Source of the DNA: Erysipelotrichaceae bacterium
Lineage (GTDB): Bacteria; Bacillota_I; Bacilli_A; Erysipelotrichales; Coprobacillaceae
Assembly (NCBI GenBank): GCA_028698185.1
Contig: JAQVDW010000007.1
Coordinates: 1-32,000, forward strand
Direction of reading: 5' to 3'
DNA length: 32,000 nt
In this document: positions 25,545 to 32,000 of the stretch, piece after piece
How positions within the stretch are numbered: position 1 is the stretch's first letter
How the letters are laid out: every line of letters starts with the position of its first letter
The notes under the pieces: generated by a model
The model's database searches: none
What the model was told of the DNA's origin: nothing
What the model saw: the letters and a program-made list of their open reading frames with translations, nothing else
Position numbers and translations under genes: made by a program

Positions 25545-26451
25545 CGATACATCCTCCCCATGTCAGACCTCCGCCAAAGCCAATCATCATTACTTTGCCG
25601 GTGGTTAGTTTATTTTCTCTTTGTAGTTTGTCAAAAGCCAATGGAATGCTCGCTCCCGAGGTGTTCCCGACATGCGCGATGCTTGAGACGAATTTATCAT
25701 GATGATCACCATATTTTTTGGCCACTGACTCGATGATGCGGTCATTGGCCTGATGCAAGATCACATAGTCGATATCCGCCATCGTCATGCTGTTGCCTTC
25801 AAGGAGTTTCTCGATAGTCTGGGGTACGATCCGCACCGCAAACTTGAAGATGTCCTGTCCGGCCATTTTTAATTTGGCTCCATCGCAGGTAGCCAGATTC
25901 AATGAGTCGATATTGCCTTTATAGCCAAGGTGGCTTTGATAGTTGGCTTCGCTTCTGGCAACGACAACCGCACCGGCCCCGTCACCAAAAAGGATACACG
26001 TCGAACGGTCTGTGAAATCAACCGCTTTGGTCAGTTTTTCAACCCCGATGACAAGTGCGAGCTCATCATCCTCGAGCATTTTGCTTGCCACATTCAGCCC
26101 GTAAACAAAGCCCGAACATGCAGCCGATAAATCAAAAACCATGACTCCGTCATTTTCAATCCCCAATTCGCCAGCAATAATACTAGCACAAGATGGTGTA
26201 AAATAATCCGGTGTCATGGTGGCAACAATTACATATTTTATTTTGCTTTTATCAATTCCATCAAGACAAGGAATGCTCGCTTTGACAGCCATGTCAATAG
26301 CGGTTTCCTCGATAGCCTGATGTCTAGAGATAATTCCGGTTCTTTGACGAATCCATTCATCGTTGGTGTCAACCATCTTCTCAAGATCGAAATTGGTAAT
26401 TACGTTCTCTGGAAGATAAGAACCCGATTTAATTATTTTTAGTCCTGCCAT
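25525..26451 (-). CDS. fabH: Beta-ketoacyl-ACP synthase III
   Basis: The Cys-His-Asn triad contexts are SAACSGFVYGL, LHQANDRI and GNTSGASIPLA. The C-terminal GFGGGLTWG is also present. Confidence 0.95.
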   Translation of the reverse strand: MAGLKIIKSGSYLPENVITNFDLEKMVDTNDEWIRQRTGIISRHQAIEETAIDMAVKASIPCLDGIDKSKIKYVIVATMTPDYFTPSCASIIAGELGIENDGVMVFDLSAACSGFVYGLNVASKMLEDDELALVIGVEKLTKAVDFTDRSTCILFGDGAGAVVVARSEANYQSHLGYKGNIDSLNLATCDGAKLKMAGQDIFKFAVRIVPQTIEKLLEGNSMTMADIDYVILHQANDRIIESVAKKYGDHHDKFVSSIAHVGNTSGASIPLAFDKLQRENKLTTGKVMMIGFGGGLTWGGCIVEYALR

Positions 26452-26459
26452 TTTTACCT

Positions 26460-26927
26460 CTACACTAAATTATCTAATGAACCAATTAAGGCATCTAAAG
26501 ATCTGATCAATACTTCGACATCGACATCACCGGTATGTTTCGCGACAAGCTCATTCAACTGGTTGTGGAACATGGCGTGGATGTTCATGGCATTCAAGCC
26601 TTTTTTAGTCAGACTGAAATAACTGACCCGACGATCCAAGCGTGAGCGTTCCCGTTGGATGTAGCCTAGCTTCTCGAGTTTTTTCAGTTCGACGGACATG
26701 GTTCCTTTGGTTATCTTGCCTCTTGTAAGGCTGGTAACGTTGGCCAATGAAGATACTGTTGGCTTGTTGGAAAGTGCAATCGTTTCGATGATCCGGACAT
26801 CCTGAATAGAAATGTCGTCGATTCCATGATCGATCAGATATTTTTTTTGAGCGTTCATGACCTGTGCGTACAGAATCATGAACTGCTCAATAACTTGACC
26901 TCGATCCTCAATCAATTCATAGTCCAT
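26460..26927 (-). CDS. fabT: MarR-family transcriptional regulator embedded in the fab cluster (FabT-like)
   Basis: The winged-helix segment is VSSLANVTSLTRGKITKGTMSVELKKLEKLGYIQRERSRLDRRVSYFSLTKKG. It sits immediately upstream of fabH, as in streptococcal and enterococcal fabT. A TAATG overlap links it to the accA stop. Confidence 0.8.
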   Translation of the reverse strand: MDYELIEDRGQVIEQFMILYAQVMNAQKKYLIDHGIDDISIQDVRIIETIALSNKPTVSSLANVTSLTRGKITKGTMSVELKKLEKLGYIQRERSRLDRRVSYFSLTKKGLNAMNIHAMFHNQLNELVAKHTGDVDVEVLIRSLDALIGSLDNLV

Positions 26928-27703
26928 TAATATTTCCTAAACCTTTCGTATCGATTGTGCAACAGGGTTTTCTTGTCCAGTCTGGACAATGTCTGAATTT
27001 CCTGTGTCAGGTGATTTCCGATTTTATCATATACGAAATTATTTGAATTAAGATCACCTTCAGGAATGATCTTGTCGATTATTCCCTGCTCAAAAAGATC
27101 AAGAGCCGTCAATTTCATCAGCTCGGCTGCCTCTTCTTTGCGGCTGCCGTCCTTGTCCTTGAACAGGATTGCGGCAAAACCTTCCGGTGAAAGGATCGAA
27201 TATACCGCGTTCTCGAGCATCACTACCTGGTCGGAAACACCGAAACCAAGCGCTCCACCGCTTCCGCCTTCACCGATGATGATCGAGATTTTGGGAACAG
27301 TGTAATTGAAGGAATCCTCGATGCATTTGGCGATAGCCTCACCGATACCCTTTTGTTCGCTTTCAACTCCAGGATAAGCACCTGGTGTGTCGATAAACGA
27401 GATAATCGGCCGGTTGAATTTATTGGCCTGTTGCATCAATCGCAATGCCTTGCGATAGCCAGATGGCGATCCCATTCCGAAGTTGACTTTCAAGTTGGAA
27501 TTGAGATCATGACCCTTCAAGTGGCCGACGATGGTCACGGGCTGGTTGTTCAAGAATGCAATGCCACCAATGATTGCACTGTCATCACCGCCGCAACGAT
27601 CACCTTTTAGCTCGATGAAGTCATCGAAAATATTGTTTATATAATCATAAATGTTCGGGCGCTTCAAATCGCGCGCCTTTTCTACTTTTTCAAATCTACC
27701 CAT
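26927..27703 (-). CDS. accA: Acetyl-CoA carboxylase carboxyltransferase subunit alpha
   Basis: FIELKGDRCGGDDSAIIGGIA, FIDTPGAYPGVESEQKGIGEAIA and IGEGGSGGALG are present. Confidence 0.95.
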   Translation of the reverse strand: MGRFEKVEKARDLKRPNIYDYINNIFDDFIELKGDRCGGDDSAIIGGIAFLNNQPVTIVGHLKGHDLNSNLKVNFGMGSPSGYRKALRLMQQANKFNRPIISFIDTPGAYPGVESEQKGIGEAIAKCIEDSFNYTVPKISIIIGEGGSGGALGFGVSDQVVMLENAVYSILSPEGFAAILFKDKDGSRKEEAAELMKLTALDLFEQGIIDKIIPEGDLNSNNFVYDKIGNHLTQEIQTLSRLDKKTLLHNRYERFRKY

Positions 27704-28565
27704 GTCTCACACCTTGATGCATAGCCAGGATTTTTCCCAAAGTCTGCTTGCATTTGCTTCTTTCCACAATCAAATCGATGAATCCCGCATCCATGTTGTA
27801 CTTGGTTGTCTGGAAATCATCAGGCAATTTCTGTTTGATGGTTGAAGCGATTACCCTTCTACCAGCAAAGCCGTACATGGCAAACGGTTCACCAATCACA
27901 ATGTCCCCCATCGGCGCAAAAGATGCCGAAACTCCCCCATAAGTTGGATGAGTGATGTAGGAAACATACAGAAGGTTGGCGGCTTTGAATCTTGCCAATG
28001 CCCCGTTAACTTTCGCCATCTGCATCAAAGAAAAAATACCTTCTTGCATTCTTGCGCCACCACTGGTAGTGAAAATGATCAGGGGCAGCTTCTTTTTTAA
28101 AGCGAACTCAATCGCTTTGGTGATCTTCTCACCGACAACAGAACCCATCGATCCCATCATAAAGCGATTGTCCATAACGCATACTACACATTTAATTTTC
28201 CCGATATGTCCAATTGAGCAGACAACCGCTTCATCAAGCTTCGTCTTTTGCTTCAATTCGTCAATCTTTTCGCCATAACCCGGGAAATCCAGCGGGTTAG
28301 GGGCTTCTTTGGTCGTAAAAAGCACTTTGTAGCGGCCATCATAAATAAGATCCATCCGCTCATAAGCGTTCATGGGCAAATGGAAGCCGCAATTTGGACA
28401 AACATTGTCCTTGTAAGAAGCCGAGGTCTGGATCTCATTGCAATGCGGGCACTTCTTGAACAGATCCTCGGGAATCTCACGGGTATTCTTGTTTTTGCGG
28501 TTACGTTGCCGCAAATTCTTGAAAATACTCAGTTTGTCTTTTTGTTTCTTAAAGCTTTTTTCCAA
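27696..28565 (-). CDS. accD: Acetyl-CoA carboxylase carboxyltransferase subunit beta
   Basis: The N-terminal Zn-ribbon is CPHCNEIQTSASYKDNVCPNCGFH. MGSMGSVVGEKI and SGGARMQEG are also present. Confidence 0.95.
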   Translation of the reverse strand: MEKSFKKQKDKLSIFKNLRQRNRKNKNTREIPEDLFKKCPHCNEIQTSASYKDNVCPNCGFHLPMNAYERMDLIYDGRYKVLFTTKEAPNPLDFPGYGEKIDELKQKTKLDEAVVCSIGHIGKIKCVVCVMDNRFMMGSMGSVVGEKITKAIEFALKKKLPLIIFTTSGGARMQEGIFSLMQMAKVNGALARFKAANLLYVSYITHPTYGGVSASFAPMGDIVIGEPFAMYGFAGRRVIASTIKQKLPDDFQTTKYNMDAGFIDLIVERSKCKQTLGKILAMHQGVRHG

Positions 28566-28567
28566 TT

Positions 28568-29929
28568 CTATTCAGCTCCTTCTTGGAGATATTCATCTAT
28601 GTGAGCTTCGATAAAACCTGTGTCAAAGTTGCCTTTGACATAATCCTTGCTGTGCATGATCATGTACAGCAGTTCCTGATTGGTGGTAAAACCGGTAATC
28701 ATCAGTTCCTCTAAAGCCCGACGCATCTTGCGGATGGCTTCTAGGCGGGTCGTACCATGGACGATGATTTTGGCAACCATCGAATCATAAAAAGGTGAAA
28801 CCCGGTAACCTTGATAGAGCAAGCTGTCGATGCGCACCCCCATACCGCCAGGGAAATGGAGATACTCCACCCGGCCCGGGGTCGGAATGAACCCTTTGCG
28901 GAAGTCTTCGGCATTGATACGGCACTCGATGGCAACTCCGTTGAAATTGACCTGTTCTTGAGTGTAGTTCAACCGCAGATTGGCTTCCACCCGGATCTGT
29001 TCCTTGACAATGTCGATTCCGGTGATCATTTCCGTGATCGGATGTTCAACCTGGATCCGTGTATTCATTTCGATAAAGTAGAATTCGCCGTTGACATAGA
29101 CAAACTCGACTGTACCGGCATTGGTGTAATCGGCCGCTTTGGCCGCATTGATTGCCGCCTGTCCCATTTTTTCGCGTATTTCAGGAGTCAAAACACAGCT
29201 AGGCGCTTCTTCGATTATTTTTTGATTCCGTCTTTGGATCGAGCAGTCGCGCTCACCCAAATGGATGACGTTGCCAAAGTGATCCCCGAGAATCTGAATC
29301 TCGATATGTTTAGGGTTCAAGATCAGCTTTTCAAGATAAACCTCATCATTCAAGAAACATTGTTTTGCTTCAAGTTTGGCTTGGTTGTAGGCCGATTCCA
29401 TCTCGCTTTCATTATGGGCGATACGCATTCCGCGCCCGCCTCCGCCGGCACTTGCCTTGATCAGGATCGGATATCCGACCTCAAGGGCAATTTCCTTGGC
29501 TTCATTAAGCGATTTTAGCGGTGCTAGCGAACCTGGAACAACCGGAACGTTTCCGGCAATCATCAGGGTCCGCGCAGCCATCTTGTTTCCTAAGGCGTTG
29601 ATTGAAGCGGCGCTTGGACCGATGAATACCAGCCCACAGGCTTCAACCATTTCGACAAAATCAGCGTTTTCCGATAAAAATCCAAATCCCGGGTGGATGG
29701 CGTCACATCCGGTAGCCAACGCCACCTGGATGATCCGGTCCATTCTCAAGTATGATTCGCTTGATTTGCTTGGACCGATGCAGACTGCCTGGGTTGCCAA
29801 TTGGACATGGAGACATTCGCGATCACTGTTCGAGTAGATCGCCACTGTTTCGATTCCCATTTCATGACAGGTCCGGATGATCCGTACCGCAATTTCCCCG
29901 CGATTGGCAATTAATATTCTTTTAAACAT
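28568..29929 (-). CDS. accC: Acetyl-CoA carboxylase biotin carboxylase subunit
   Basis: MFKRILIANRGEIAVRIIR, HPGFGFLSEN, KASAGGGGRGMR and EMNTRIQVEHPITE are present. Confidence 0.95.
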   Translation of the reverse strand: MFKRILIANRGEIAVRIIRTCHEMGIETVAIYSNSDRECLHVQLATQAVCIGPSKSSESYLRMDRIIQVALATGCDAIHPGFGFLSENADFVEMVEACGLVFIGPSAASINALGNKMAARTLMIAGNVPVVPGSLAPLKSLNEAKEIALEVGYPILIKASAGGGGRGMRIAHNESEMESAYNQAKLEAKQCFLNDEVYLEKLILNPKHIEIQILGDHFGNVIHLGERDCSIQRRNQKIIEEAPSCVLTPEIREKMGQAAINAAKAADYTNAGTVEFVYVNGEFYFIEMNTRIQVEHPITEMITGIDIVKEQIRVEANLRLNYTQEQVNFNGVAIECRINAEDFRKGFIPTPGRVEYLHFPGGMGVRIDSLLYQGYRVSPFYDSMVAKIIVHGTTRLEAIRKMRRALEELMITGFTTNQELLYMIMHSKDYVKGNFDTGFIEAHIDEYLQEGAE

Positions 29930-30387
29930 TAACTAATCACCATTATTTCTTCGTCAAATTCGACTAAATCTTCATTTTTGCAATTTATTTTTGTGACTAC
30001 TCCACTTACTGGAGCCTTGATTTCATTCATGACTTTCATAGCTTCGATGATGCAGACTGTTTGGCCAGCCTCAACCCTTTGATTCAATTTCACAAACGGC
30101 TCGCTTTCAGGTGATGCCGCATCGTAATAGATTCCCACTAAAGGTGAAATAACCGGAGTTCCGCTGATGGCTTCATTTTCAGCTTCGACCGGTGCTGGAG
30201 TCGGTGCCATTTGAACAGATTGATTGATTGTTTCTGCCTTATTTGCAAAAGCAGGTTCAACTACTTTAACTTCATTAGTTGTAGTTGAACCCCCGCGAGA
30301 AACTTTCAATTTAAAATTACCATCTTCATAATCGAAAGATGTAAAAGATGATTGTTCAAATAAATTTAAAAGTTCTTTAACTTCCAT
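29929..30387 (-). CDS. accB: Biotin carboxyl carrier protein of acetyl-CoA carboxylase
   Basis: The biotinyl-lysine motif is IEAMKVMNEI. An Ala/Pro-rich linker (APTPAPVEAE) is present. A 1-nt overlap links it to accC. Confidence 0.95.
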   Translation of the reverse strand: MEVKELLNLFEQSSFTSFDYEDGNFKLKVSRGGSTTTNEVKVVEPAFANKAETINQSVQMAPTPAPVEAENEAISGTPVISPLVGIYYDAASPESEPFVKLNQRVEAGQTVCIIEAMKVMNEIKAPVSGVVTKINCKNEDLVEFDEEIMVIS

Positions 30388-30389
30388 AA

Positions 30390-30617
30390 TTATTCTACAG
30401 ATTCAATATATGAAGCGATGTCTTGAACAGTCACGAATCCAGCCACTTTTTCATCAGGTATTTCAATATCGAATTCATCTTCCAAAGCCATTACTAATTC
30501 AACTGCGTCTAAAGAATCAGCTTCCAAGTCTTCTTTCAAAGATGCTTCCAAAGTCACTTTGTCTTCGTCACAGTTTAATGTTTCTACTAATACTTCTTTT
30601 AATTTTGAAAATTCCAT
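30390..30617 (-). CDS. acpP: Acyl carrier protein
   Basis: The 75-aa acidic protein has the phosphopantetheine-attachment motif LEADSLDAVELVMALE. Confidence 0.95.
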   Translation of the reverse strand: MEFSKLKEVLVETLNCDEDKVTLEASLKEDLEADSLDAVELVMALEDEFDIEIPDEKVAGFVTVQDIASYIESVE

Positions 30618-30628
30618 ATTTTTTCTCC

Positions 30629-31159
30629 TTAGTTCTTTCTAAAAATAAAATTGATTTGGGTAAGTCTTTCCGTACAAACAACGGCACAACCGATTTTTAA
30701 TAAATCCCCCAAGATGAACGGGTAAACACACAGGTTCAAGCTTTCAGCCAAAGAATAGCTAGTCGACAACATGAAGTATTCGACTCCGATGAGATAACAA
30801 ACCGCAGTAGCCAGAATGTAGCTTAGCACTTTGAAATACCATGAACTGTTGAATGAAAGAGTGTAACTTATGAGTCCCAACATGATTGGGAAACTGATTA
30901 AAAATCCCCCGGTCGGTCCCAACAGATAGGCCAGACCGCCATTCAATGAGGCAAATACCGGCAATCCAATCGCACCCATCAAAAGATACACCAAGCCAAC
31001 GACAACCGATTCTTTGACACGCATCAAAGTAGCGATTACCATTATCATCAGTGTTTGAGCTGTAATTGGAATTGGACCCAGTTTGAACGATATTTGTGAT
31101 GCTAGAATCAATAATCCAACCATGATTCCGACATTCACAACTTGCTTTGTATTCGTCAT
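30629..31159 (-). CDS. bioY: Biotin transporter S-component BioY (solitary; no bioMN in the window)
   Basis: PIPITAQTLMIMVIATL and GLPVFASLNGGLAYLLGPTGGFLISFP are BioY hallmarks, and there are 5-6 TM helices. I prefer the start at ATG 31159, with GAGGAGG 5 nt upstream. The ORF-track extension to 31348 runs through the promoter and into the neighbouring gene. Confidence 0.9.
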   Translation of the reverse strand: MTNTKQVVNVGIMVGLLILASQISFKLGPIPITAQTLMIMVIATLMRVKESVVVGLVYLLMGAIGLPVFASLNGGLAYLLGPTGGFLISFPIMLGLISYTLSFNSSWYFKVLSYILATAVCYLIGVEYFMLSTSYSLAESLNLCVYPFILGDLLKIGCAVVCTERLTQINFIFRKN

Positions 31160-31177
31160 AAAATCCTCCTCGCAAAT

Positions 31178-31209
31178 ATGATAGCGAATAATTGTTTGAT
31201 TGTCAAACA
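31178..31209 (-). promoter_or_regulatory. Promoter of the bioY-acp-acc-fab-birA operon with an overlapping FabT-type palindromic operator
   Basis: On the minus strand: TTGACA (31201-31206), a 17-nt spacer, then TATCAT (31178-31183). This lies about 20 nt upstream of the bioY RBS. The palindrome TGTTTGA-caa-TCAAACA (31193-31209) covers the -35 hexamer. It closely resembles the streptococcal FabT site as I recall it, AGTTTGACTGTCAAATT. Confidence 0.65.
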
Positions 31210-31268
31210 TTTTTATTTCGACTGCCAAACCATTATTGCCGTTATCCTTTTCCAGTAACGATTTCGTC

Positions 31269-31922
31269 CTAACCCAGCCCCAGTATGTCAAGCAATCCGA
31301 CAAGCTGTTTTTCCTGGATAAAACGGATTTTTTTGGCCGAGGAATCATTGATTTTCAAAGCGGTGTGAATTTTGGTGCCGTAGTCTTGAAATTTCCACTT
31401 TTTGGAATTGTTCGACCCAACGATCAGATAATCGGTTTTCATGGAGACTGCACTTTGGACGCGGCCCTGTTTTTTGGCGATTATCGCCGCAATCTTGCTC
31501 CGGGCCATCATCGTGAATTCCCCCGAAAGGACAAAATTGCCCGAAAGGTCGATTTCCCGATAGCTGCCGATCCATTCAAACCGATTCTTAGCCGATTTGT
31601 CCTGAAAGTAAAAGTATGAGATCCGGCCGCTTCGATCGCGATAGCGCAGCGCCTCCAAAGACAAATCCAGACCACCGAGTCTTTCCAGTCTGGCTTCGAT
31701 GCCTTCTCCAACCAGGATTCCGGACTTGAGCCAGAAGGCGATATCTTCCCGATGGCGATCTGTCAAATCAAAGCTTTTTACGATATGGCCGTCCTGTTTG
31801 AATTCAATCAGACAACCATTTCCATTGGCAATTATCTCCAGTTCGTATTCGGGAATTTCTTCGAGAAAGTAGTCGAGTTCGTCCAGGCCGTATTTCAAGA
31901 CCTGTTTTTGATATTGATCCAT
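31269..31922 (-). CDS. BRCT-domain protein with an unrecognised ~130-aa N-terminal domain
   Basis: The C-terminal roughly 85 aa are GNFVLSGEFTMMARSKIAAIIAKKQGRVQSAVSMKTDYLIVGSNNSKKW...IRFIQEKQLVGLL. This follows the BRCT pattern seen at the C-terminus of LigA. I do not recognise the N-terminal domain. Confidence 0.65.
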   Translation of the reverse strand: MDQYQKQVLKYGLDELDYFLEEIPEYELEIIANGNGCLIEFKQDGHIVKSFDLTDRHREDIAFWLKSGILVGEGIEARLERLGGLDLSLEALRYRDRSGRISYFYFQDKSAKNRFEWIGSYREIDLSGNFVLSGEFTMMARSKIAAIIAKKQGRVQSAVSMKTDYLIVGSNNSKKWKFQDYGTKIHTALKINDSSAKKIRFIQEKQLVGLLDILGLG

Positions 31923-32000
31923 TTTTCACATCCTTCAATTGCGGGTTGAGTCTGCCCCTTATTTATTGTACTATTTTTTTGGAGGGATATAAATGCAAAT

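Noticed and set aside
31160-31348. The N-terminal extension of the bioY ORF in the six-frame track (start at 31348).
   Set aside because: The extension runs across the -35/-10 promoter and the FabT-like box and overlaps the 3' end of the BRCT gene. The ATG at 31159 has a perfect GAGGAGG RBS, and the BioY homology begins there.
1-32000. A search by eye for rRNA, tRNA, CRISPR arrays, tandem repeats, IS elements and known defence-system genes.
   Set aside because: I found no regularly spaced direct repeats, no tRNA-like cloverleaf candidates in the intergenic regions, and no transposase, integrase, nuclease or ATPase defence signatures. All intergenic regions longer than 100 nt are accounted for by promoters, terminators or unstructured AT-rich DNA. 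A proper tRNAscan, Rfam or CRISPR scan would be needed to be certain.

Overview
This looks like a chromosomal segment from a Bacillota-like bacterium using the standard genetic code. The phylum is a guess from gene content, and I cannot assign a genus. Almost all genes are on the minus strand and tightly packed.

Layout, left to right:
(1) 1-5.1 kb is a very AT-rich block. It holds a hypothetical polytopic membrane protein, a CDGSH/4Fe-4S-type iron-sulfur protein, a PadR regulator with its DUF2812 membrane partner, and an XRE-type HTH regulator fused to a membrane domain.
(2) 5.1-9.5 kb is a trehalose PTS operon, treP-treC-treR. The EIIBCA transporter gene is interrupted by a single in-frame TAG.
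(3) 10-19.6 kb is noticeably GC-richer. It holds namA (an Old Yellow Enzyme), ppnP, two Cof-type HAD hydrolases, a PhzF-family isomerase and an orphan ArdC-like protein (ssDNA-binding domain plus HExxH metalloprotease). It also holds the only plus-strand unit, aguA-aguB-small unknown-M42 peptidase, then hsp20 and a 77-aa unknown.
(4) 19.7-31.2 kb is a 15-gene, translationally coupled ACC/type II fatty-acid synthesis operon: bioY-acpP-accBCDA-fabT(MarR)-fabH-fabK-fabK paralogue-fabD-fabG-fabF-fabZ-birA. It appears to be driven by one strong promoter whose -35 box is overlapped by a FabT-type palindrome.
(5) 31.3-31.9 kb encodes a BRCT-domain protein with an unrecognised N-terminal domain.

I saw no rRNA, tRNA, CRISPR array, transposase or integrase, and no recognisable defence system. 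I did not find a convincing new multi-gene system.

The best leads are the nonsense-split treP, the FAS operon bracketed by biotin genes with its operator, and the Cys-cluster FabK paralogue. The orphan ArdC-like gene, the aguAB-unknown-M42 unit and the BRCT protein also merit a second look.
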